A DNA stretch of 64,000 bases. It comes from Octopus sinensis (Eukaryota). The position numbers were made by a program, and so were the translations under genes. The first letter of the stretch is position 1. Each line of letters opens with the position of its first letter. Below, one piece after another: positions 50,685 to 63,551 of this stretch. The notes under the pieces were generated by a model. The model had not been told where the DNA came from. It made no database searches and saw only the letters and a program-made list of their open reading frames with translations. Location of the stretch: NCBI RefSeq assembly GCF_006345805.1, contig NC_043004.1, positions 65,038,001 to 65,102,000 on the forward strand, read 5' to 3'.

Positions 50685-51097
50685 TAATAATGGTTTCAAA
50701 TTTTGCCAATTTTCATGGGAGGTGTGGGGTTAGATTTATTATTTGGACCTCAGTCCTCAACTGGTACTTATTTTATCGACTCCATAAGAATGAAAGGTAA
50801 AGTCTACCTCAGCCGTATTTGAGCTCAGAACGTTAAGACGGACGAAACTCCGCTAAACATTTCGAACGGCGTACTAACGATTCTGGAGCTCGCCGCCTTA
50901 ATTATAATAATAATGATTTCAAGTTTTGGTACAAGGCCAGCAATTTCCAGGAAATTGGGTAAGCCAATTATATTGACCCCCGAAAGGATGAAACACAAAG
51001 TCGGCCTCGGCGGAGTTTGAACTCAGAACTTGAAGATGGACGAAATCTGTTAAGATTTTTGTCCACCGTGATAATGATTCTGCCAGCTCGCAGCCCT
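49698..51097 (-). mobile_element. Stack of five same-orientation SINE-B copies separated by (AAT)n
   Basis: Copies at about 49698-49862, 50161-50320, 50431-50598, 50692-50900 and 50917-51097. Confidence 0.8.
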
Positions 51098-51336
51098 TAT
51101 TCAAAGACATTTTGAGTGGGATGGGCAACATGACCTGAAAGCAACCCTGGGCCCCATTCCCGAGGTCATGTGCTGTTTATCTTGATATGAAATCACTATG
51201 TCGCGCACATATTGTTGTGATGCATGTGCCTGGTGTACCCTTATCAGACGGGTAGTCATGATGGGTATACTGGGCTTCGTATATTTATTATACCCCAGTG
51301 TCAATTTGATGGCATGCATTGCACTCTCACTCACTC

Positions 51337-51339
<3 letters not shown>
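51094..51339 (+). mobile_element. Family E, internally deleted copy with (AAT)n tail
   Basis: Reverse complement of part of 31244-31490; ends ctcactcactcaat(aat)n. Confidence 0.75.
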
Positions 51340-51368
<29 letters not shown>

Positions 51369-51510
51369 GTCCTTTTGTTTGGCACCAGGGCGAAAGATGA
51401 AGGGGACAATACATGAAGTGTGGGAGTTTACATATAATGGAATGGTAAAAAAAATAGTTGAAGGAAAGTATACACGGCATACATTAAAATAAGGGAAGAA
51501 TACATCGCAC

Positions 51511-53079
51511 GAAGGAGAAGAAGAAGAAGAAGAAGAAGAAGGAGGAGGAGGAGGAGAAGAAGAAGAAGAAGGAGGAGGAAGAGGAGGAGAAGAAGAAGGA
51601 GAAGAAGCAGAAAAAGAAGGAGAAGAAGAAGCAGAAGCAGAAGAAGAAGAAGGAGGAGGAAGAAGAGGAGAAGAAGAAGAAGAAGAAGAAGGAAGAGGAG
51701 GTAGAGGAGGAGAAGAAGAAGGAGAAGAAGCAGAAGAAGAAGGAGAAGAAGAAGCAGAAGAAGAAGGTGAAGGAGGAGGAAGGGGAGAAGAAGAAGGAGA
51801 AGAAAGGAGAAAGAAGAAAGCAAGAAGAAGAAGAAAGAATAAAGAGAAGAAAAGAAGAAGCGAGAGGAGGAGGAAGGAAGTAGAGGGAGAGAAGGATAAA
51901 AAGAAGAAGGAGGAGGAGAAGGAAATAATAAGGAGGAGGAGGAGGAGAAGGAAAAGAATAAGAAGGAGGAGGAGGAGGAGGAGAAGAAGAAGGTGAAGGA
52001 GGAGGGGGAGGAAGAGGGAGAGAAGGATAAAAAAGAAGGAGAGGAGAAGAAGAAGCCGAAGGGGAGGAGGAGTGGAAGTAGAAGAAAAAGGAGAAGAAGG
52101 AGAAGGAGGAGGAGGAGAAGGAAGTAATAAGGAGGAGGAGGAGGAGAAGGAAAAGAATAAGAAGGAGGAGGAGGAGGAGGAGAAGAAGAAGAAGAAGGAG
52201 GAGAAAGAGGAGGAGAAGAAGAAGGAGGAGGAGGAGGAGGAGAAGAAGAAGAAGAAGGAGGAGGGGGAGGAAGAGGGAGAGAAGGATAAAAAGAAGGAGG
52301 AGGAGAAGAAGACGAAGGGGAGGAGGAGTGGAAGTAGAAGAAAAAGGAGAAGAAGGAGAAGGAGGAGGAGGTGGAGAAGGAAATAATAAGGAGGAGGAGG
52401 AGGAGAAGGAAAAGAATAAGAATGAGGAGGAGGAGGAGGAGAAGAGAAGAAGAAGAAGAAGAAGAAGAAGAAGAAGCAGAGGAAGAAGAAAGAGAAGGAG
52501 GAGGGAGGGGGAGGAAGAAGGAGAGAAGGTTAAAAAGAAGAAGGAAGAGGAGAAGAAGACGAAGGGGAGGAGGAGGAGGAGAAGAAGAAGAAGAAGGAGG
52601 AGGGGAGGAAGAGGGAGAGAAGGATAAAAAGAAGGAGGAGGAGAAGAAGACGAAGGGGAGGAGGAGTGGAAGTAGAAGAAAAAGGAGAAGGAGGAGGAGG
52701 AGAAGGAAATAATAAGGAGGAGGAGGATGAGAAGGAAAAGAATAAGAATGAGGAGGAGGAGGAGGAGAAGAAGAAGAAGAAGAAGGAGGAGGGGGAGGAA
52801 GAGGGAGAGAATGTTAAAAAGAAGAAGGAAGAGGAGAAGAAGACGAAGGGGAGGAGGAGGAGAAGTAGAAGAAAAAGGAGAAGAAGGAGAAGGAGGAGGA
52901 GGAGAAGGAAAATAATAAGGAGGAGGAGGAGGAAAAGAATAAGAAGGAGAAGGAGGAGGAGGAGGAGAAGAAAAAGAAAAAGGAGGAGAAGAAGAAGTAG
53001 AACAAGAAGAAGAAGAAGAAGAAGAAGAAGAAGAAGAAGAAGAAGAAGAAGAAGAAGAAGAAGAAGAAGAAGAAGAGAG
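51511..53079. repeat. ~1.57-kb purine-rich GAA/GGA tract with higher-order repeats
   Basis: Almost all A/G on the plus strand; landmark gtggaagtagaagaaaaagg at 52072, 52328 and 52666. Confidence 0.95.
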
Positions 53080-54287
53080 TTATAGTGATGTAGTGATGGT
53101 GTCCTCCTGATAATAATGATTATTCTAATAGTCCTTTCTGCAAGAGCTTTGCATACATGTTATATGAACATCCAGTTGAATTATAGGCTAATTGAATTTC
53201 AATAAGAATCTATAATGGGTCCCCTAAGCGGGGACACTTTCCCGGTATTACCGCTCAATTCGTTTATTTAACTCGGTTGGGCTATTATTTGATAAAATGA
53301 GAAAGGTGCAAGAGTGTTGGTGTGGGGGAAATGTGGTGACATACCGATTGTAGGTGATATTAGGGAAAGGGAGAAGAAAGTTGTGTAAGCGACAAATGTT
53401 GAGTGGCAGAGAGATGAAACGTTAACATAGCTGTCATTCAGTTATACACACACGACACTGCATACATACTGTCGTAAATACATAAATACATGCACACACA
53501 CACACACACACATACACACAATGGACACGCGCACAAACACACATACAAATCAGTAACTTTTGAAACGCCGATGAAAGGAAAGAAAGGTGGGCGTGATGAA
53601 TACGTAGCTTCAAAGAGCGAGGGGGAAACTTGACAACAATTTTTGATGGTTGGCTTTTCTGCTATGCATCCCAAAGAAGCACTCACATACAGACATTCAC
53701 ATGCATATACATACATACGTACATAATACGTAATAGAGTCTTCTCCTTTTGCTATCGCATTCTGTGAAATTTTAAAATTTCGTCAACATTTTCAAATTTG
53801 GTATTTTGAAATGATTTACCACGTTAAATCCAATTTTCTTATTTATTTGTTTCAGACAAATTGCAGAAAAAGGTAACTGAGGGTTAAAGGTTAATCAATT
53901 TTACCTAATCAGAAAATAGGATTTGGAAGATGGCATTTCCTGCATTACAGCTGTCTATCACAAATGAAAGTAAAATCTTTACGAGAAGGAATTTTTATTA
54001 TACAAACGAAAGCAAAGCATTACCACGACCAAAAGTCGCAAGAGCTTCTGGAGTTTTAATAAGTTGTAAGGAATAATATCACGTGAAACGGTCGAACAGA
54101 CATGTAAATAATTTTAAAAAGAAAGAAATCCTCTATGAAGTGTTTTTACAAAAGATTGCACAAATCTATCCTATCTGTCGGGGAAGGAATGGTCTGACAT
54201 GGAATAAATAAAAATTTATATAAGACATTCTGTTGTAAAATCTGCCCGGCAACGACGGGCTATTCAGCTAGTATATATACGTGTATT

Positions 54288-54358
<71 letters not shown>

Positions 54359-54370
54359 ACTTGCTGTGTT

Positions 54371-54701
54371 GACCCCCTTCGGTCACGACACTGACCATAG
54401 GATTGCACCTAGAAAGTTACCCTCCTAGTCACAAGTCTGGGCAAGGTGGTTTATGGAAGACCAGCAGTCGCCCATGCATGCCGGCCTCCCCTCTCCACGC
54501 CACCAGTGTTATCCAAGGGAAAGGCAACGGCCGATACAGCTTGGCACCTGTGACGTCGCAACTCATTTCTACAGCTGAGTGAACTGGAGCAACGTCAAAT
54601 AAAGTGTCTTGCTCAAGAACACAACACGCAACCCAGTCTGGGATTCGAGCTCACAACCTCACGATCGTAAGCTCGACGCTCTAACCATTGAGCAATGCGC
54701 C
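54371..54701 (-). mobile_element. SINE family D, full length
   Basis: Reverse complement homologue of 40322-40651. Confidence 0.85.
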
Positions 54702-54749
<48 letters not shown>

Positions 54750-54764
54750 ATGTATATGTGGACA

Positions 54765-54850
<86 letters not shown>

Positions 54851-56351
54851 CCTAATATACATGTAAGTATGTATGTATGCATATGGATAGACTTTGCTTC
54901 TGTTTTTTGGCATTGGATTTCCCCATGGGAGAACATATTTCCTGCTTAGTCCATATGATTTGGTAAAATACACGCTTTAGTGACGCAGTGGACCCTCAGG
55001 CACCGGTGTTTCGTCACGATCATCCCCCCTCATCGCGAGACCCTACACAGGACTCAGAAGCAAAAATAAAAGCAATAAGAGAAGTATAGTTAACGACATA
55101 TTTGCAGGTTCGTGTAAGGCCTATGAGGATGATTGAAGTTTATTATCGACATAGAAGGAAATGAGCATTAAAACAATATGTACAGTCATTCTTTGCACGT
55201 TCCGGTAGACGTCGACGTGAAGCTATTTTTTGCTGTTGGATTCGCCAGTAAAAGGCAGATTTACGCCCCTCTGCCGGAACGTGCTAAGCATAAATTTACA
55301 CACAATGTAATACCTATATTTACATATATATACATATACATACATACATATACACACACACATATAGAGATATATTCACACACACATACATATGTATATA
55401 CATACAAACATATGCATACGTATGTGCATACCTATACATACACACACATATATATATGTATATATATATATACGTACATACATATATACATACATATATA
55501 TGTACTTACACACACTACACACATACAGGCATTCATATACACACTCACAAACACACACACACACACATACAAGTATAAAGTCCAAAAGAAAAATCAACCG
55601 AAGACTGTAATCGTCTTTGTATTTGGCATTTAACGCTAGTCCTGATGAAGCCAGCATCTGATCAAAAACATGCAATCATTTACCATCCTATTTTCACTAA
55701 GAACATTTGGCTTCGAATGTACATCGTACTTTAAAACTGTGTTGTGCATTTTGAGTGAGATTTGACTGCTTTTTCAAGCAGTTCCGGAAATGAGCTAACG
55801 GAAAATATGGAGAAATATAGTAATGAAATGATGTCACTAAACTGATATTATATATTTGGTGCAAATACGCACGTATACACATGCATACCTTCACACTCAT
55901 ACAATCTCGTAGTCATATATATGTGTGTGTGAGTGTGTGTATGCATACATATATAAGTTCTTATGTAGCACACCAGTCGTTGTAATATTATCCAGACAAC
56001 GGTATACTTTCCCGGAGTCTGTCCGAATTGGTAACGTTACACTTCAATGGTCTGACAGATTTTCTTGGTTCGATGGTGCTAAGACACGCACACAGACACA
56101 CATTCACACGCACACACATACACACAAACAGAAACACACACATATATTTATATAAGAGTATCTATATATATATCCACGGAGATAGAGAGAGAGAGAGAGA
56201 AAGAGAGGGGAACGGCGATAGAGGGAGAAAGAGGTGGAGAGAGAGAGGAAACTGTCATTGCTACATTTGCATCGAAGCATCTCCAGGCAAACTTAACTGA
56301 CAATGTCAACCAATTTTATCTTTTCATTAACTTATGTATATATTTGTTTAA

Positions 56352-56409
<58 letters not shown>

Positions 56410-56649
56410 GTCTCTTTTTATCTCTTATTTCAACACACACACTCTCTCTCAGGCTCTCTGTTTATATATATCTCTGTCACTCCAAATATATATATACACA
56501 CAAATAAAAATACATACACGTTCGTGGGTGTCTATACATTTAACGTGGAGTTATTCCGACAGGAGCAAAAACACAAGCTATCAAAAGGACTAAGTGCAGA
56601 CGGGCGGAATGGGACATCACAAATATGATAAACATTAGTACTGACTGCA

Positions 56650-56742
<93 letters not shown>

Positions 56743-57012
56743 ACTATACACACTATACACACACGCACGCAGATGGACACCAATATAATCGTATAAATGT
56801 ATACTGTGTACAAACACTCATCCACACATCCATCCACACATACATACATACATACATACATACGTACACACACACATACATACATACATACATACACTCA
56901 TCCATGCACACATACATACATACATACATACATACATACATACATACATACATACATACACTCATCCATGCACACATACATACATACATACATACATACG
57001 TACATGCGTATA

Positions 57013-57161
57013 TGCTTCCCCACCATATGGTTCCGAGTTTAGACCCACTGCGTGGCACCTTGGGCAGGTGTCTTCTAACTGATACTGGGCCGTCCAAAGC
57101 CCTGTGAGTGGACTTGGTAGGACGAAACTGAAAGAAGCCCGTCGTATATATATGTATATAT

Positions 57162-57246
<85 letters not shown>

Positions 57247-57370
57247 CAGCAAAAATTTAGATTCGAATGGATATGGTACTTAAGTTAGATGCACCAGAAT
57301 TCTGTATGGTGTTATCCATATAAGTCCGTGGGGTGATTATAATCAAAATAAGCATTCTTGTTGCTTATTT

Positions 57371-57440
<70 letters not shown>

Positions 57441-57770
57441 TACATATATAGATATAAATGTATGTATATATATATTATATATATATATACATATATAGAT
57501 ATAAATGTATGTATATATATATATATACATATATATATGTAGGTATACATATGTCTATGTGTGTGCCTTTGGGTCGGCTTTTATCTCTCCATCACTGTTT
57601 GACAACCGGTGTTGGTATGCTTTCGTCCCGGTAGCTTTGCGGTTCATCTGAAAAGACCGATATAATAAGTACTAGGCTTAAGAAATAAATCCTGGGGGCG
57701 GTGGCATGTGATTTGGCGGTTCTCCAGCATGGCCGCAGTCAAATGACTCTAACAAGTAACAGAAGAGAAA
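57013..57770 (+). mobile_element. SINE family A split by an expanded TA linker that holds a mini-element
   Basis: 5' half 57013-57144, TA tracts, 3' half 57555-57770. Confidence 0.75.
57244..57374. mobile_element. TA-anchored mini-element, copy 3 (inverted), with terminal 13-bp hairpin
   Basis: Reverse complement of 43422/45955; atcaaaataagca-ttcttgt-tgcttattttgat at 57342-57374; TA tracts on both sides. Confidence 0.75.
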
Positions 57771-58389
57771 TACACAAACATATATATATATGTACTTCTA
57801 TATACATATATATCTATATATAATGTGTGCATATATGTGTACACACACACCTATGTATGTAGGTCGTGTGTGTATGAACCTATCTCTGATGTTTTGTTTT
57901 ATGAGAAGTGTAATAGAGCATTAAAATATAATGTAAAATATCCGTTGATATTCTTGAATATTGTAAATATTTATATTAGAACCTGTACTTTATTCGTACC
58001 GTAAACAAACCGAAACGTTTAACGTTAATGTACTCAAGTTTTGAGTTGTAGAAATAATTTGTTTCTCCTTTAGCTATACAGTATATTTTGGAAGTTTTTA
58101 ATAGTAACTAAAGACTAGAAAAGAAAAAGAGAAAGACTAAAATAGGAAAGAACAAGAACAAGTATAGTAAAAGGGAAGGTTAAAAGCTTGAGAGAGATCA
58201 ATACTAAATAACAGGATCGATACATTTATAGCAGAATGTGTAACCGAAATTAAAGGAAGGGAGATTAAGAAAAGGAAACGAAACAAGTGAGAAATGAAAA
58301 TTAAACAAATGTAGTATGTCATTCAGTAGTTTATGTGCACTTGGTTATGTGAAGATGGTATGGTTATGTAAAGATGGTATGGCCCTGTT

Positions 58390-58790
58390 GCGTGTCATAT
58401 GGTTCTCGAAATGTCTGTATTTTACGAACTTCTCTTATCTGGCTTTGAAATAGAGGTCCTTGCAATACAGGTGTTTGAGGATTCATCTTTTGTCAGCTGT
58501 GCAATGATACTCACTTCAACTTTATTTCTCTTAATGCATTGATTTTTGAATAATTTTACACTTAGAAGTTCTTTTGTCAACAGTGTAGCTTATCTTTCAT
58601 ATCATCTCTAAAAGAGCACGCGTGTTTGTGAAGTCTCTACTGTAATTTTCTTCTGTCATGCCTATATTATCCCTGCGTGTCAAGTCGAGGTTTGATTTTA
58701 CAGAGATAACATCCCTGCATGCGATTTACAGCAAGATATATTCAGTGAGTCTACATTGATATTTCTGCATGATCACGTCGCTTCTACATC
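58390..58790 (-). pseudogene. Decayed Penelope-like GIY-YIG region
   Basis: Frameshifted minus-strand peptides NIGMTEENYSR, LHKHACSFRDD, CKIIQKS and LYFKAR*EKFVKYRHFEN resemble in order YIG.TE..FK.R, H..SFR, W.II.K and LN.RSE...CRH. Confidence 0.5.
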
Positions 58791-59100
58791 AGAAAGTTTG
58801 TGTGTAATATATTTTTTCTATTAGTTGCTCAACTTACCCGCCGAGGTCTTTCGTCCTTTCGGGATTAATAAAATGAGTACCAATCGAGCACTGGGGCCAA
58901 TTCGAATTACTCACTTCTCTGAAATTACTGATCTCGTGCCAAAAGGTGAAACCATTATCAGTTGTGCAAATGTAGCCTAATTTGGATCGAGCCCCTGCAA
59001 AAGCGGGCAATACTTTCGGTTACTCTTTTACTCTTTTGCTCTCTTACTTATTTCAGTTCTGACAGCAACTAAGACTCCATACTCTTTATTCGTTTACTCT

Positions 59101-59392
59101 CTCTTTTACTTGTTTAAGTCATTTGACCGCTAAGTTACGGGGACGCAAACACACCAGCATCGGTTGTCAAGCGATGCTGGGAGGCGGAGACAAACACAGA
59201 CACACAAACACACACACGCGTATATATGTATACATATATACTACGGGGTTCTTTCAGTTTCCGTCTACCAAATCCACTCATAAGGCTTTGGTTGGCCCGA
59301 GGCTGGTGTAGAAGACACTTACCCAAGGTGCCACGCAGTGGGACTGAACTCGGAACCATGTGGTTGGTAAGCAAGCTACTTATCACACAGCC
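59101..59392 (-). mobile_element. SINE family A with internal deletion
   Basis: Tail joined directly to cgctaagttacggggacg; head and core intact. Confidence 0.8.
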
Positions 59393-59554
59393 AGGAACTA
59401 GTTATGCATTACGTTTAAATGTGGTTTTCGTGATAGTAAATTTAAAATTGACTGAAACTGTTTATGCGAAATGTAGGATAGTGTAACGACTTCTCTTAGT
59501 TTGAAGCAATGCGGGAGTAGTTTATGACTCACTGCTTAATACAGTAGTGTATTG

Positions 59555-59925
59555 TTGGTTTCAAATTTTATCACAAGGGAAGCAAGTTTGGAAGAGGGTG
59601 TAAGTCCATTAGCTCGATCCCAGTGCTCAACTGGTACTTATTTTAATGACCCTTTAAAGGATGAAAGAGAAAGTCGACCTCGGCGGAATAATGATAAAAT
59701 AATAATAATAATAGCTTCAAATTTTGACGCAAGGGCAGAAATTTGGGGGGAGAGGATAAGTCGATTACATCGTTCCCCAGTATTCAACTGGTACTTATTT
59801 TCTTGACCTCGAAAAGATGAATGAAAGTCAACCTCAGCAGAATTTGAACTCAGAACATAAAGACTGACGAAATGCAGCTAAGCATTTTGCTCGGTGTGAT
59901 AACAACTCTGCCAGCTCACCGCCTT
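59555..59925 (-). mobile_element. Two tandem SINE-B copies
   Basis: About 59555-59700 (partial) and 59712-59925. Confidence 0.75.
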
Positions 59926-60685
59926 CATGCGGTGGTATAACATTAGCGAGCTGTATTGTCAAATATTCCCTAATGTGAGAATAGATAACAAATTAGTCTA
60001 GTAATGTTTTTCAAAAGCATAAAATGTGGATTACATGAACCGATGCTAATATAATTGAATTTTAATTTTCACATTTCACTTTTAATTTGGAATGCATTGT
60101 TATACTGGCGCAATTCAGTGATTTTTATTAGGTCTTCGAGGCCACATTCAAAAGGTTCTAAGATTTGAACTCTAGGAATGGTCTATTCATAGTGATATGC
60201 TGTTGAGGCCGACAGGATGCAACCTACCTGTATATGTAGGTCATTGCTTCTTTTCCCAGTGATTTTCTGGTCACGATTTCATGTAGAGGAATCAGAGTAT
60301 TTGTTGGTATCTTTTAAAGTCCTATACTACAGATATCCGCATTATCACCAAATGCTGACCCGCATTAAGCCGCAATCAAAAGGTGTCCTCTGCGGTTAAA
60401 ACTAAATCTAAACGCTCTTCTGTGCAAGAGACAAAGTTTAGCCTTATTTTAGGAAAAGCTTCTTCTTTGCACTATGTCTTTATTGCTTGTGTTTTGTCGA
60501 GTGGATTTATTAATAATAAACATTTTTCGTCTGAAAATTATCGAATTGTTTATTTTGTATAAGAAACAACAAATTTGATACAAGTTAAATCATAATTATT
60601 GTAATGTATGAAGTAATTCCATGGTGATAAGAATATACTTCCCAAGTTACCCGTCATCTGACGGGTAACACTATCTTTATATAAG

Positions 60686-61195
60686 GGTTTCAAATTTTAT
60701 CACAATGCCAGCAATTTCAGGGATGGTGGTGGTGGTGATGGGGAGGTAAACCTATAACATCGACCACAGTGCTCATCCGGTGCTTATTTTTCGAAACCGG
60801 GAGAATGGAAGGCAAAGTCGACTTTGGTGGAATTTGAACTCCATCTTTATATAATCCTTTCTAATGTAGGCACAAGGCCTGAAATTCGTCAACAGTGCAA
60901 TGATACTCACTTAACTTTATTTCTCGTAATGCATTGATCTTTGAATAATTTTGCATTGAATTTTGTACTTAGAAGTTCTTTTGTCAACAGTGTGGCTTAC
61001 CTTTCATATCATCTCTAAAAGAGCACGCGTGAAATTTAGTGGAGGGGGATAGTCGATTACATCGACCCCAGTGTTTCACTGGTACTTAAGGCACAATCGA
61101 CCTCGGTGGAATTTGAACTCAGAACGTAAAGACAAACGAAATGCCGTAAATATTTTGCCCGGCGTGCTAACGATTTTTCCATCTTGCCACCTTAC
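60686..61195 (-). mobile_element. Two SINE-B copies, the second interrupted by a 144-bp insert
   Basis: About 60686-60840 and 60857-61195; insert 60887-61030 is flanked by GAAATT duplicates. Confidence 0.75.
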
Positions 61196-62577
61196 CATCT
61201 TTATATAATAATAACTGATGTATAAATGTTGGTTGGGTGATTTCTCCAGTCACCCTTCATATCGTATGCAGACGAGAAGAGATCTTAAAAGAGAGATATG
61301 GAGTAAAAATAAGCGATGTGGCTTGAATGCATGTACTAGGCTTAAGAACAAATGGTAGAGACGAACTAAATGGCAGTGTACTTACAAGAGGAATTATACA
61401 AAGGAAAAATTTTCTTTATTTAATATTATATTAACATAATCCCGATGATATAGGAAGCTTGCCCAAGGTGATGTGTGGTGTGACTGAACCCGAAAGTATG
61501 CGGTTACAAAATGAGTTTATTAACCACACAGCCATGTATGTGTCCGGATCTTAAAATTTTGGAAATAGCAATAAAGGAAAAGAATTTTTTACGGGGACAA
61601 AAATTATGGAGAGAAACTAATGGATCAGCCCTGGGAGAAGCGGAGAGACAAAATATCACAAATGATAAAGGGAAGAAGGATAAAAATAAGAGAAATCAAA
61701 CAAGGGCGTGTGGTAAAATATCTGCACAGGTTCAGGAAAAGTTAATCTGGTGAAGGTGCTATAGAATAAATGAAATATAAACAACGAGACAATAAACAAA
61801 ACAGAAGTTCAAGGATATTCATAATTAATATTATTAAGTTGAAAAGAAGAAAAAATATTATCAACAAGTTATAGAGTAAATGTTTAACTTTTCGGATATG
61901 GTCCTTCATCAGATATTGGAGGAAAGTAAAAGAAAAACATACAGGGGTTAGGCGATGGTGCTATAGCCTAGTTACGAAGGCAACACACCACGAAATGTAT
62001 ATGGATATGTCATGTAGTTTTTTTTTGTGTCTTTGCGTTATCTCTTCCGTATCGTCGTATTTAATCTGCCGGGAGTCAGGAAATATCATTCTGCATGGTA
62101 AAATATAGGAAGACATGAGAGAAGCGAGGTGCACAGTGCTGAAACAGAAGATTCAACGATTATTTTACGTCACCATATTACCATTATTAGCAAGACTACT
62201 ACTACTACTACTACTACTGCTACTGCTGCTGCTGCTGCTGCTGCTTCTGCTCTTTATTCCATTTCCAGCTGAAACGGCACATTCTTATAAATGGCTGTCA
62301 GAATTCTATTGACTGTTATTTTTTCTATTTTCGTTATAATTGCTAACATTTTTTTTGCCTTAAATATATGTTTTGTATTTCTTTTAGCACTTTATGTTTC
62401 TATTTTACGCATTATTTCAGGCTTATTTCATTGTTGTTGTTGTTGTTGTTGTTGGCCAGTCTCAATATCGGCTAAGTTGGAACAACATTTCTTATAAATC
62501 TTAAGATGTGTCTTGCATCTTAATTATGGTAATTCAGAGAAACTGGTTTAAATATACGCTTGTATATGTATGCATGC

Positions 62578-62610
<33 letters not shown>

Positions 62611-63513
62611 TGTATGTATGTATGTATGCATGTATGTATGTTTACACGTATGAATATATCTATACTTATATATTTGTGTATGTATATATTCTTATATATA
62701 TATATATACATATATACGTATGCATATATGTATGTGTGAATCTGTGGGTATATATATATTTGTACTCACTCATACGTGACCCCACACACTGACACCCACA
62801 TAGACGCGCATTTATCTATCTATCAATATATATATATATATATACACATACATATATATATATATGCCTTCATATATATGCATATATATATATATGGACA
62901 CAAAAACACACAGACATTCATACATACGTATACATTCGTGAGTGTGTGTGTGTGTGGTGTGTGTGTGTGTGTGTGCGCGTGTGTGTGCATAGACGCTTAT
63001 TATAACACAGAACAATGAAGCACGAAATCCACATTATCAGCCTCTATCTTTAGAAACATTAGATGGATTTACATCAACATGTTCCTCACCACATCATCCT
63101 CATCATTATCATCATGAAATCATCATCACCATCTGCATTTTTATCATCATTGTCGTCACGTCGCCTTCATCATTTTGATCATCAAGTATCGTCCTCGTTG
63201 TTGTCGTCATCATCATCAACATAAAATATGCAATTTCATTAATCACATGCAGGACTCATTTTTCACAAGAAAGAATCCATTTAATCAGTATCTAATAACT
63301 CTTACTGATAATAAACTTACATCAAATATAAAGATAGGTCCTGGAAAAACCATTTCTTTCACACAGAAATTGAAGCTCCTTGTTATGAAATACACACAAG
63401 AAATCAGACAAACGCAAAACAAGGTAGAAACTAATTAGTACTTGAATACAAAATATATTATAAAATAGTATTTTATTAAAGCCGAAACAAGTCTCCAAAA
63501 ACTCTAACTCAAT

Positions 63514-63551
63514 CTGATGAACGATTACGTGAAACACTAAGTAGTAGTGTA
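63514..63551 (+). ncRNA. Hammerhead-like motif lacking stem I
   Basis: CUGAUGA-ACG-AUUA-CGU-GAAA then ACACUA/UAGUGU 6-bp stem III and a GUA triplet; the flanks do not form a canonical stem I. Confidence 0.35.

Noticed and set aside
54995-55040. Minus-strand GAAACACCGGUGC with an upstream CGAUGA
   Set aside because: Core is incomplete and U16.1 is mutated; too degenerate.
55641-55675. CUGAUGA..AAAAACAUGCA
   Set aside because: No GAAA, weak stem II and no stem I.
61881-61915. Minus-strand CUGAUGA-AGGA-CCAUA-UCC-GAAAAGUU downstream of a possible PLE C-terminus
   Set aside because: C15.2 is lost and stem I does not pair; noted only as a likely fossil.
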